Positions 1 through 12,277 of a DNA stretch of 64,000 nucleotides are shown piece by piece. Position numbers and translations under genes: made by a program. The notes beneath the pieces are model-generated. The model searched no databases and was not told the origin of the DNA. It saw only the letters and a list, made by a program, of their open reading frames with translations. The stretch spans positions 7,395 through 71,394 of the forward strand of contig NMRA01000178.1 of assembly GCA_002633005.1 (NCBI GenBank), written 5' to 3'. Position 1 is the first letter of the stretch; every line of letters begins with the position of its first letter. The DNA is from Phoronis australis. Lineage: Eukaryota; Animalia; Phoronida.

Positions 1-1692
1 TTCCGTGCTCTCATTTGTTGAGACCAGGTTGTACAAGTTGGTTTTGTCAAGGTGTGTCATCTAATGTGTTGAACACTATCTCAAGGAATAACAGCTGACA
101 GTTTTTGTAAATGTAAAAATGACTTCTCATCGAATAAACAAGCTGAGTTCATTCAGAAATTACTGATCCATTTACAACATGAAAACTCTATTCAGATGCC
201 GATCAATTCAAACATAACGGTGCTTTGATGTTAGCATAGTTTTGTAATGCACTCATGTTCGGTGATGCAGTTAAGCTTTTCCCTAAAATTAACAATGACA
301 AAAACTATATTATGTGAATATACAGTAGATTTTAAGGTGTGATGAATTGTTGACGAAGGTCACAATTGCATTTTCTTAACAATTATCAGGTAAGCATTAC
401 AAATCTGCTCAAAAGATGAACACCATCCATTCAGGATAGGGCTCTAGCAATTATAAGAGACTCTCACGTAAATGTGTAGTATTACAAAGTTATGGAAAAT
501 TTGATTTTGATGCAAGGATAATTACATGTACAGAAAAGGGTCAAGTCTTCAAGACATAATAAATTACCGTAGAGTATGTTTCAATGGTTTTTATGCAGAT
601 TCACGATGTTTTTAAAACGTCTACAAACGGATCATATGACTTTAATCACGAGAGTACACGTACACCGTATGCAGACCTAGTTTCTCACTAAGCAAGATTT
701 TTGAGAACTTAGCAAAATCAAGCGAACGGAGTCCAGTGTTTCTCGAGTACATGCTTTTTAAGCTTATTCTGGGAGTTACTGAAATGATTGGTCGACGAGG
801 TTGCTGTGTTAGTCGAATAAGGGACTGAACGAAGTGGCTTTTCACCGCGAGTGCAACCTATTTTCTTGTGGTCTGCGAAACAACCTGGATTAAACCATTT
901 TAATTTACGTGACCTATGAAAGTTACGTCACCATCTAGATATGTGACGTTTTGTTTAGGAACCTACTGAGGATCTTTGTTAATTGGGCAGTTGAATGGAA
1001 ATAATTTGCATACACTGTATGACCCAGTTCAAGGGTGACGCAAGAGGTCATTTAGAAGAGGATTGTCTGTTGTAGATTTTTGAGTGACGTTATTTAACTT
1101 CAGATTTCTGGAATTTGGGACAGTGGATATTTGTGAAGGCCACGCGAGTAGAATAGAGGATGTTTTCTTTTTTATAATTGGGTATGTTTGCTGTAACAAT
1201 TGCAATGGTAGCACATTCAAAATTTATTGAAAACCTTGCTTGTAAAACTGTATCGCAAAGCCATGTAATGCATGGCGATATCTCGCAAAGTTTTGCCTCA
1301 TCTTGCGTTTTCGCGATGCAGTTGCAGTCTCACGGACTATCCACAGTCTGCACGCTCTCTTCGTCTTCCCTCTTCTAACCATGTCTGGACTATTAGCAGG
1401 AAATCGGAGGCTGTGAAGGCAAACATTCCAAGTATTAAAATTGAAAATGTGTGACGTGGACGGCGCGAGCATGAGGGTTGGGGTGAGGTGGGAGCGTGCA
1501 AAGAGTGGGGGGGGCAGAATGCCTACCGGAGACAATAACAGGTATCGACGGGTGAGTGAAACTGGTGAAGTCTGACTAGGGGCCGAAAGTGACGAAGGAG
1601 ATGTTGGACACCCCATCCTCATTCATACCAATCCAAACTCTCGGTGTATTTTAAGTGATCCGTTATTAAACTGTCTTAACTGTTTTGCACAG

Positions 1693-1897
1693 GGCAGGTA
1701 AACTCGAGAAGATGACCACTCCTTTGGAACTTCTCAACCTACTAGAGAGAGAGGGGAAAATTGGAGTCGGGAATTACAGCCATCTGATCGACATGCTGGA
1801 GGAACACAGACTGCTTGCTTTGAAGAAAAAGGTCGAAGAGCAGGCACAACTTGGGTATGATAGGTATTTCATATGGTCCAACAAAAAATGTAAATAA
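1693..1897 (+). CDS. DED gene copy A, second coding exon (C-terminal part of a death effector domain). First coding exon is not in the window; 3' end rearranged, possibly a pseudogene
   Basis: Acceptor tgttttgcacAG ends at 1692. Translation (x)AGKLEKMTTPLELLNLLEREGKIGVGNYSHLIDMLEEHRLLALKKKVEEQAQL fits DED helices 3-6. Paralogous to the exons at 11180, 37422 and 62214. From about 1859 the sequence becomes the tail of the linker exon (compare 20049 and 38274). Confidence 0.7.
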
Positions 1898-1975
1898 TGT
1901 TTCAGACACTCTACCACAAAAAAACCATTACAGATGGAAATTCAGCAAGTGACTCGGTCACAGCTTGCTTCTATG

Positions 1976-3046
1976 CATAGGCGGATTTAGGGGGGCCCAG
2001 GGGGCCCGGACCCCCCCTTTGGCTGCCGGAAAAAATAGAACAGCAAGAGCGTAGGGAAATGTTGAGTTAATTAATTAACCCAGGTAATTAACATTATATG
2101 GCGGAAACAAGGTTTTAATGTGACCAGTTTTAGTGTGTTTGGGGGGGGCTCAGATCCAATTTCAAGTGTCAAATTCGGAACACGGCTCAATCGTAACAAA
2201 ACTATGTCTAAGTATAGGCTCTCCCGCGATATCCTAAGTGACCGGCAGTGGCGCTGCGCACTACGACTCCGTTTCCGTCGTCTGCTTCACTGTGCAATGA
2301 AGAAAATTACTTCATTTTTTTAAAGAAAATGGAATCTGAGTGACAATGAAAAAACAGAAACTGCTGGTAAAATGTGAATTTTAATCGAAGCCTCAGTGAA
2401 TCACTCAGAAACTCATAATTATCTCTTTGTCAAACCTTAACTTNNNNNNNNNNNNNNNNNNNNNNNNNNNNNNNNNNNNNNNNNNNNNNNNNNNNNNNNN
2501 NNNNNNNNNNNNNNNNNNNNNNNNNNNNNNNNNNNNNNNNNNNNNNNNNNNNNNNNNNNNNNNNNNNNNNNNNNNNNNNNNNNNNNNNNNNNNNNNNNNN
2601 NNNNNNNNNNNNNNNNNNNNNNNNNNNNNNNNNNNNNNNNNNNNNNNNNNNNNNNNNNNNNNNNNNNNNNNNNNNNNNNNNNNNNNNNNNNNNNNNNNNN
2701 NNNNNNNNNNNNNNNNNNNNNNNNNNNNNNNNNNNNNNNNNNNNNNNNNNNNNNNNNNNNNNNNNNNNNNNNNNNNNNNNNNNNNNNNNNNNNNNNNNNN
2801 NNNNNNNNNNNNNNNNNNNNNNNNNNNNNNNNNNNNNNNNNNNNNTTTGCTTTTTCTTTTTCTTTGCCTTTTTTCTTGGATAATACTTCAGGAATCAAGG
2901 AAAATGCTTGATTTTTAGAGGAAAAAACAGAAAACCCCCCTCCCTACCTTCCCCTAGTCGGTGCCATGCGAATCTAATCGTGCTTTGCACAAATGTTTTC
3001 AGACAACATGTTGGGCCCCCCTTGTGATATCCTAGATCCGCCACTG
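1976..3046 (-). mobile_element. Non-autonomous TIR DNA transposon (hAT-like termini) with 5-bp TSD; spans an assembly gap
   Basis: Ends CATAGGCGGATTTAGG and CCTAGATCCGCCACTG, flanked by ctatg at 1971-1975 and 3047-3051. The empty site is seen in unit C (gattctatgaagtgcc, about 38371). Same family as 30607-34469 in the opposite orientation. Confidence 0.8.
2444..2844. other. Assembly gap (N run)
   Basis: Run of n. Further gaps at about 13076-13403 and 47268-47795. Confidence 0.99.
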
Positions 3047-3239
3047 CTATGAAGTGCCAAAGGGTCCTTAAGCACGTACCTTTCTGCACGTAGAAATGTG
3101 CTTAATCTACGCATACTTTTAATCAGTTCATTTAGTCCAATCACGCCCGTGTTCTCATATTAATTGATTAAGAGCAGAACGATGATCGCATCGTTCAACA
3201 ACTAAAAGTACACGTACATGTAAATTAAAAATACGTCTA

Positions 3240-3352
3240 GGTTAAGCAAAATCACGCGTAAATTAAGCAAACATACTAGTAGATTTAGCAAAAGTACACA
3301 CAGATTAAGCAAAAGTACAGTAGATTAAGCAACAATACGCATATATTAAGCA
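3240..3352 (+). repeat. Degenerate ~21-bp tandem repeat (GATTAAGCAAAAGTACACxxA-like) in the intron before the ALF-like exon
   Basis: About 5-6 ttaagcaa-phased units; paralogous array at 38576-38712. Confidence 0.7.
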
Positions 3353-3703
3353 CATTTCTACGCTAAAAAGGCACTCGTTTAAAAATCCTCTTACGCTTCG
3401 TATGCTTCCATTGGTACACCACGGAGCGGCGCAGTCGCTTGAGCAAATCTTGCTTGACTGTACTTGTGATTGTTGCCGGCAACTAAAGACGACATAAACT
3501 ATGTTACTAAAACTTGTAGTTTAGAGCGAGTGCTTGTTCTTACTGGATAACGTGCACATATCTCTGATAAATCTTAAGACTTTTACAAACCAAGGCTTAT
3601 AAAAAACATCCGATCACCAACTTACCACACAGGTTGATTTGGAAAGTCTTCCTTAATTGCAACAATTATTTTCTAATAGAAAGATACTTGCAAATACGTC
3701 GCC

Positions 3704-3802
3704 CACACACGCACACACACACGCACACACANACACACGCGCACACACGCACACACACGCGCACACAAACACACACACGCACACATACACAAACATAAAC
3801 AC
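3704..3802. repeat. (CA)n microsatellite following a short L1/Tx1 fragment (3553-3700)
   Basis: CA/CG run. Paralogous to 26668-26748; the preceding 150 bp match 26503-26665. Confidence 0.9.
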
Positions 3803-4312
3803 TTGGCTTCGCAATTACGAGTAATTTTACGAAAGTTACGTAAACACACTTGTTAGTAGGGTCTGGACTATTCAGTTATGATTGCAGAAAAAAAAACTTA
3901 GAAACGAAAATACATTTTTTCAGTAAAATACTGTAACATGACATTAACACCTAAAGATATCTTGTTGAAAAACTCCTGACATTCATTCTGATAGGCTGTC
4001 GTATCCAGCCCGGGTCACAGGTCAGTGGGTGTTCACAATTACTAGTATAATTGTCGGGTTTGTTGACTAATTTTGCCGAGAAATTGCAAGTTGTCAGAAA
4101 CCGTACCTCAAGAGTTTCGCACGATAAACAAAAAAACAAAATGAAAGTGAAGCTATAAAATTAGATTTTATTTCAAAACTGCGACACTCGATCAAACCTC
4201 AGTCGAGCAGACAGCCGGTAATTTACAGTGCAAACTTTCCCACCTAGTCTCGGGGTCGCAAGCTTCGAATAATAGCATTTATAGACCACGTGCAGGAGTT
4301 GGCATTCCAGAG

Positions 4313-6363
4313 CAGGGCCGTAGGAAACGGTGGCGGGGGAGTCATGCCCCCGGGGACAGTTGAGAAAAGAAAGACTACTAAATGCGGATAAGAGAGAAAA
4401 CTCAAGAGAACAATTTACAACTCTGTATCAGTGCATGGTTTACATTTTGAGGACCCTGGCCATGACATTGTTGTTGGGGTCTCCGCTTTTACAGCACAGG
4501 TCGTCTAAATGCAGTTGGAAACGTGCACGTAATCATTCATCCACACATTTCGAAAAATAGAGAAAATTTGTAAAGCGAAGCTTTTGCGGAGCGTATTATT
4601 TTACTGGATTTTTAAGTTCAATACGACTGCAAAACCATATTTTTCTAGAGGCCCCTCTATGGCAAAGGGTAACGGAGACGACAGTCGCTTTTTTCTCATA
4701 TTGTATTGATGACCTGACACATATCAATTTCTTCACATTTCTTGATTTTTGAAAATATAGATATTTTTACATAGAGGGCCCTCACCTCGGAAGGAGGCCA
4801 TTGATGACATTCAAGTGACCACAGTTTTTATATTTCTGTTGAAAAATTCTCAAGAGCAAGCTCACGGAGGGAGGACCCAATGTTGGAATCGATTACGTCT
4901 ATTTTCCGGTTTTTGTGAAATCGTGCAACCAACTTTCATGTTGAAGAAAGTCACTTCCTGCACCGTCGTCTGACCACACGACGGTGGAGTGAACTGTCAC
5001 TCTTTTCCACGCTTTAATGATGTTTAGATTTTCATAATTAAGGAGTCCCATTTCAGACCGGACCCTCTCTCGGTGGAGCAGTTCAGAGAAATGTCCCTTT
5101 GTCCCTCTTTAAATGTAAATCCGACACTGTCAACTATTCACGAGGGAAGTTGTGAATGAAAAATTCACCAAAAAAAACAAACACAAAACACTCATACACA
5201 GCACAGCAGTATCAAGACATTCGACCCAAACAACCAAAAAATTTGAAAAAATTCAATGGGATTGGCCGCCATCGTAAGGAATCAAAAATTTTAAAGAACG
5301 TGAAGAACGTTGTTTTTAAATTACACAAAAGGACTACTTCCAATGGTTAGTTATAAAATGATGTTACTGTTTCCCATATTATCACAAGAATAGTATCTCT
5401 TTTGAAGATGGTTATTATGAGTTGTTTGTGGAAAACACTGCTGTCGAGGTTACCATTGGGAGACCGTGTACATGTCGAACGGCTGTACCCAAATACTCGC
5501 AATAATAAACAAATTAAACAAATATTTCAGCGTTTTTTTTGAGGTCAAGTTAAATTCGCGAATCGTTTTCGATACCTCGGAAAGATCAAACTACAACTCA
5601 CTATGAATGCCCAATCTCCCATATTCCCCCGGTTAGCAGTCAAAAATCTGCGAGCATCCATGCGGAAATTGTTTACAACATTCCGTTTTGATTAACAAAT
5701 TCGTTGGTTTCTGATATACATCTTTATGTATCTACAAAAACCGACAGGTTACTGATTTTTGGCAATTAGAAGCTAATCTTTTAAGAAATGATGACGATTC
5801 TGGGAATTAAGTTGAAGCCTGAATATGGAAAAAACTATAATCCGATCCCCAAGTCCTAAAATGTTCTCACAATTCAAATGACAATAAATTTATTGCCTTA
5901 GGAACTAGATTACTGGGTTTAAGATTACAAACTGTTGACAAAAAACGCAGTTTAAGTACTTAAATAAATAAAATTAAACTTATTGGTCATCAACTTGGAA
6001 AGGTTGTCTTTGAACTTCCTAGATGTTTTTGGTTTCCATTAGTATTGCGCAATGAATTTTTGTTCTTCAAAACTGAATCGTTTGCTTGTAATTCCCGTGC
6101 ATACTACACACAGGGCATTTGCGCATCCAGCCTAAAATTAAGTGGGGCTCGAATTTTTGAGGATGTGAACCTTATAGTAACGAAAAAACCGAATACGGGG
6201 TTCGTTCAGAGCTATGAATTGCACATACGCCATATCCTGACTTTTTATTGGACTTTTGTCTCGTTTTTCTCAGATATTTTGTTTCTCTGAGGCGGACCTT
6301 TTTGCCCACTTTGCCATCGAGCCCCCCAAGCCCCGAGCCTCCCCACCCCCAGATGGTCGCATG
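4313..6363 (+). mobile_element. Dispersed ~2-kb non-coding repeat starting CAGGGCCGTAGGAA (probable non-autonomous DNA transposon), with a small CATG-ended MITE at its right end
   Basis: Homologous copies at 27260-29320 (+), 57916-59860 (+) and about 16690-18433 (-). No credible ORF. Right boundary approximate. Confidence 0.65.
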
Positions 6364-7352
6364 CACAGAGGACGTCATATGCCAGGCACACACACGTTAA
6401 AAATAAGGTGTAACCATGCAGTAGGCCTGCTTAGAATCTCATTTGACCACGGGAATTGAATTTCGCTCGGGGCCTAGACGCATTCTTACTCTCCGTGAAT
6501 CTTTGTTGGTTTGTTGGTTCACGGTTACTCCAATCCTGATGGCTGCATCCCCTCTATTTCCCCCACCTGTGGCGGACGCGGAGGGTGGGGTTCGGTACAA
6601 ATATGGTGACATCTAGAGAATGGGGGGCGTGACGATAGCAAGGGGGTAGGTTGGCGAGGTCAGATTGGTTTGTGCCCCCCAATAATGTTTTTCCTTCCTA
6701 CGGGCCTGCAGAGCTAGCAATCTATGTAATGGTACCGAATCCCATTCCTCTTGGACGTACATCGAGATGTACATGTATAGTCAATCACCCGTTCAAAACG
6801 AAAGCAAAAATCCCTGTCGGTGAGTACATGAAAACCCTGAGACGGGTGAGTTGAGAGCATACGATATCTTTTACCAGGTCGTGACGCAATTTCTTTCACA
6901 GTTGACACAAAAAGTTCAAAAGCAACGTACGAAGAGGTGGTAGACAAGGTAGAAGGCTGGACGGTATGCTACTGTTGCACGGGCGGTGGCACTCGGTTTT
7001 CCCGCACAATCCCCTTGAGTTGATAGCACGTTGATTAAGGTAGAGCCTTAGAAAAATATCCAAATTTGGAGAGATTAAGACACGAACCAATTCGTAGTTT
7101 CAGGTTGACTACACAGACTTCTCGACAAGATCATAGACTAATAACCATAACATTCAGTGACCTAATTACCTTCATTAACTTTTTGTAGTACCTAGGGAAC
7201 TACTTTTACCTTTTTTAACAATTCGGAAGAGAAACGAACTGATACCGTGTTGTTATCGTACAGGCCGCTAAAAGCGAACTCTGGCCTGTGTCTGATTGGC
7301 CTTATAGCAGAATGGGGTAGTATTCCATGACAGTGCGTACGTTATGCGAAGA

Positions 7353-7373
7353 AGTGAAAGTGAAACCGAAACT
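7353..7373 (+). promoter_or_regulatory. Tandem IRF-binding / ISRE-like element upstream of DED gene B
   Basis: AGTGAAAGTGAAACCGAAACT = GAAA-NN-GAAA-NN-GAAA. The core is identical at 30425 and 51751. Octamer ATGCAAAT lies about 30 bp downstream. Confidence 0.6.
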
Positions 7374-7845
7374 CCGCTGTGTCGTGAGAACGACACTTGC
7401 TTATGCAAATGAATTTAATTAACGTCAAAAGCATTATAAATGTTTTGGAAAATTTTCACTTCTTATGTTTCGGCGGCGGTAGTGACCGCACGCCGTCCTG
7501 ATCGCCTACAAACTGCATGATAAGAACAAGCCTTATCTCTCTCATTGTCAGGTGTAATGTAACACCTGTAGATCTGCGGTAATTGGTGCACTATGCTACA
7601 CATTCACGATTATGTTTGCCGTATGCAATACATGTAGGGATATGTCAGTGGTTATTTTCCCAAGTCGTTTCACAATCTGCCTAAGACCGATAACATTCAT
7701 CAGAACTAAGCATTCATCCACCTTGTACAGAGACTGCGTTTAGTGTACATGTACAAAGGCCAAGTTTGCACAAAGACCATAACAATCAATATCGCATTCA
7801 TTGTTTATACTACTGGGCTTTTCAGCAACCGGCGTTAGTCAGCTT

Positions 7846-7871
7846 GGGTTTTTCCCCCGCGCGGAAAACCC
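7846..7871. promoter_or_regulatory. Pair of Rel/NF-kappaB-like sites upstream of gene B
   Basis: GGGTTTTTCC (7846-7855) and CGGAAAACCC (7862-7871), next to AP-1-like TTAGTCA. Unit D has GGGTTTTCCC at 52245. Confidence 0.4.
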
Positions 7872-9541
7872 ATATGCAAGAGTCCGCTTGACCAGTCAGT
7901 CATCAGTGATTTTCACTGAAACGAATTTGAATTTCATCTTTGGAGGTAGGAGGAATCAGTTCTTCTAAACAGACTTTAGGACAGGTATAACATATATTTT
8001 GCTCAAGATTTGGGCTTCTTATGTTATACAGAACTGGTCTCAAGTTGGCCCCACTCAGATCTGAAGTGATTTCAGCTTTCTTGGCTGAATCAGTTTTAAA
8101 ATTGGAAATCTAAATTTGAGTTGGTTCGTGCCTTTCGATTTCAGCTACAGGTGAAATTCTCCACTGTTCATAGGTCATACATATAATACCAACTTCGTTA
8201 ATTGTGTTAACACTCGGATCCTTTCGGTTAGTGAGAAACGAGGTCAGTCGAGTGAGCCAGGAAAGAACTACAAAATATTTGTGATATGATTTAAGTCTCG
8301 CAGGATTGCGAATATGCCCTCCTATGGTCGTGCTGTATATGCCTGTCAGCTGTAATACGCGTGTGTGAATTTTCTGTCGACTGGGGGCTGATCATGCGGA
8401 TACAACATTGGAAAGTATGTATCTCTCGAGTATAGATGATGAACTATATGGTTTTGATTTGTAATAGAGTCTGCACTTTAGTAGATAATGAAGCAGTAAT
8501 GGATCTCGACAACAACTTGTTGATTTTTCACGTTCGTTTTACAAGAATTGATATCAAGTCACAGGTCGCTGGCAAATAAAACGCATTTGACTGTTTCTGT
8601 TATCGTTAGGGAAGACTATTGAACAGCAGGAAACTTTGCCCTTTTCTTCTCTAAGCCGGGTACCGAGTATTTCACCATAACATAGCGTTTTTGTTAGTTT
8701 TATAGCAATAGTGGTCCTTTATTCATTTTCTTCCTAGAAGAACAATATTTTTTTATGTTACAGTGAAACTTGAGAGATAAATATAGATTATTACATGGCG
8801 AAGTCGATATCTGTCGTAATCTAGTTTTCTCTGTAGCACATGTTTATTGAACGTGAGTGTCATTGAAAATTTGTGATTTTATAGTTTCAATGGTCCCGGT
8901 GGTCGCTAAAATATATTCGCGCATGCTCTGTCTGTAGTTTCCTATGCGCAATTTGCGCATACCGAGTGTAATTTCACTCGTAAAATTCACACGTGTCCTG
9001 CATACTGTTTCCCTTGTACCATTCATGCATGCTCTCTCTGTTATTCTCATTGTACCATTCGCGCATGCCCTTCCGTAGTCTCCCTTTCATCATTCTCTTA
9101 TGCCCTTGTAGAGTTCAGTGGCTGGCTCGCGCCTAATAAAATCTAGCCCAAACCACGAGTTCTCATTTGAAATACACGGCAACATCTCACGTAATCTCGC
9201 GAAGTCTTGCTTTTAGCAAGGTTGTAGCGGAGGTTCTACCGTTACTGCACTCTACGTTGTCTATAGTTTCTCTGTTACCGTTCGCGTATACCTTATCTAT
9301 ACACTCCATTCTCTCTATATTCCCCTGATGAAGAGTTGTATATGTGCGGAAGCTTTTACCATTTTTATTTGTACATTCATACTCAAGGTCCATTCTATAC
9401 GATATTTTAGTTGAACATGGATATGTTAAAAACTATTCATTTATACGAACATCTTGTGTAAAACAATGCAACAACTGCTGTGTTAAATGACTCAATGAAA
9501 AGTACTTGATCCCTTTGTACAGGATCTTTCACCAAGTGACC

Positions 9542-11363
9542 ATGAGCAGGGAAGAACAGCATCGCTTTCTTTTTCTGACAGTAAGCCAGAACGTGGGCAA
9601 GAGAGAGTTCAATGAAATGAAAAACTACTGCAAGACATGGATTCCGTAAGTTAATTTATTTTTTTCTCGAGGCCCTGTTCTGCGCATGAGCTAAATTACT
9701 GCTACTCATTGAAACCTTTAAAAGAAGCTGTTTGATCTTATTCAGCGACGACATCCTATTCTCGTTCTGTTTTACACTTTTTTCGACTGATAAGAACAGC
9801 AGCACTGTAAAGGGATAGTGAATCTGACTTCTTGTTGGTTAGCAGAAAGAATGGGTGCTAGGAGGGACATTCCCATTGGTTGGAAGTTAACATTTGAGGG
9901 CATGTCCAAATGTTTCTTGGTTGAGAGGTACCGGACATTCCGAAGCATTGTACGTATCGGACTTGTGAATGACAGAGTGTTAATTGGTCACCCATAAAGA
10001 TGGCCGATGTCCTCAAATCAGTGTACAAGAGACCAGTGTGTACAGTGTAGTCCGTTCGCTAATAGCTACCGAAAAAAATCTGTATTCTCGACAATCGCTC
10101 CTAATCACAAGAGTACATGTAAGCAGACCTAGCTTCTCACTAGAAAAGCAAGATCTCGGAGAACTTTGCAAAATCACGCGAGCGGAGTCGAGTGTTTCTC
10201 GAGTATATGCTTTAATAAGCTTATTCTGGGAGACACTGAAGCGATTGGTCGACGAGATTGCAGTGTTCGGTCGAACAAGGGATTGAACGAGGTGACTATG
10301 TGAAAGCTTTTCGCCGCTAGTGCAACCTACTTTCTTGTGGTCTACGAAACAATCTGGATTACACCATTTTAAATTTACGTGCCCTGTGAACATTACGTCA
10401 CCGTGTAGATGTGTGACGTTTTGCTATGAACCTTCTGAGGGTCTTTGTTAATTGGGCAGTTGGATGAAAATAATTTGCATACATTGTATGACCTAAGTAA
10501 AGGGTGACACACGAGGTCATTTAGGAACGAATTGTCTGTTATAAATTTTTGAGTGACGCTATTTAACTACAGATTTCTGGAATTTGGAACTGAATGTTTG
10601 TGAAGGCTACGCCAGTAGAATAGATGGTGGTTTTTCATAGTCCAGTATGTTTGTTGTAACAGTTGCGAGGGTAGCACATTCAAAATTTCTTTGAAAACCT
10701 TGTTTTGTAAAATTGTAGAGCAAAGCCATGTAATGCATGGCGATATCTCGCAAAGTGTTGCGTGACATTACGTTTTCGGGGTGCTCTTGCCTCAACAGAA
10801 TGCACGCCTGGTTCCAGCCTGACGGGCTAACCACGGTCTGCTTTCTCTCTTGGTCGTCCTTCCGCTAACCATATCTGGTCGTTTAGTAGAAAAGAGGCCG
10901 TGACGGCAAACATAAGTATCACAATTGGTGTTTGACATTGATGGTGTGGGCATGGGGGTGGGTGAGGTGAGAGCGTGCAAAGAGTGAGGGTGGCAAGAAT
11001 GCTCACCGGGGGGGCAGTATCGATGGTATCGATGGGCCAGTGAAACTGGTGAAGACCGAGGAGGGGCCGTAATTGACGGGGGAAGATGCTGGACATCCCA
11101 ATCTGAATTCGTGCCAATCCAATATCTCTTTGTATTTTTAAGTGGTCCGTTACTTACCTGTCTTAACTTTGTTGTACAGGGTTGCTATACTCGAGGACAT
11201 AAATACTACTGGAGAACTTCTCAACCGATTAGAGACACAAGCTAAAATTGGAATCGGGAATTACGGCTTTCTGCTCACACTGCTGGAGATGAACGGATTG
11301 CATGAATTGAGGGCACAGGTTGAAGAGCTGGCAAAACTTGTGGCTAATGCGGACAACCGGTGA
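9542..11363 (+). CDS. DED gene copy B: 95-aa DED-only protein, join(9542..9645,11180..11363)
   Basis: MSREEQHRFLFLTVSQNVGKREFNEMKNYCKTWIP|VAILEDINTTGELLNRLETQAKIGIGNYGFLLTLLEMNGLHELRAQVEELAKLVANADNR*. Phase-2 intron GTAAGT...gttgtacAG; 288 nt in frame. Hydrophobic pattern matches FADD/caspase-8-type DEDs. An acceptor at 9522 implies an upstream non-coding exon. Confidence 0.8.
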
Positions 11364-12277
11364 ACCCGCAGTTGTTTCAAAAATCTCACCGACACTCAAC
11401 TGTGATACGGTCGACCCATCCTTGTTTTCTGCAGGGTAGTTTGATTGTCGTCAAAATAAGCTTTTAATATAAACTGCAGTGTAAACTACTTCATAGATAA
11501 TGGTGCGTCTACTTTGCAACAATGAGACCTACAAGTCTAAGTGATGTTTGACTTTACTTTTTGTCACGGAATGGTGTATATATTTAAACACGTACAAGTC
11601 TTAGACGTGTGGCACTCCACACGTACACGCTAATTAATCAACATAAGTGCGTTACGTTGAGCGTTTTTACATTTTGGTACACTCACAAATTGTTTCATCA
11701 AATAAGCGATATTTTGAATAAATAACACGTGACTCAGTGTGTAGGCCGGTAGAAAGCCAAAAATTATGGGGGAGCACAAACGAACTCCACTTCTCCAAAG
11801 TAACCCCCTTCTTATCGTCACTACCTGCGCCCCCAACCCCCCTCCCCCTTCTCCGGATGCCAACATATTTTTACAGAACACCAACGTCGGCCAAAGGTGG
11901 GGGGAGGGGCAACCATCAGGATTTGAGTAACCGTGAACCGACAAAGTTTCACGGAGAGTAAGAATGGGCCTAACGTCAGCGCACTGGCAGTAGCTGGGTG
12001 CTGCCTCAGATAACTGTAGATGAGATCTAACAGTGGTAAAATACGAAATTCGATGAACTAAGCTGGTTGATGGTCAGCTCAGCTATAAGTCACTTGAGAC
12101 AGACAGTTTAGCTCGTACCTATCCATCTGTGCCGGATCTAAGGTAAAGACTCTTTATGATCCAGTTTCAGGAAAAGTTCATTTTATTACGGTTATTCTTT
12201 GAAGGATATTTTTTTGAAAAGGTGAGGTCCGGAAGTCCCTAGTTAAGAGCCTGTGGGGCTGTTTCAAAATCCCTTAA

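Noticed and set aside
2427-2918. Long ORFs spanning N runs (also 12830-13471 and 47168-47831)
   Set aside because: Artefacts of assembly gaps.
4330-4560. Recurrent ORFs at 4330, 27350 and 57913 as a gene family
   Set aside because: They lie in a dispersed repeat, frames and stops are not conserved between copies, and no domain is recognisable.
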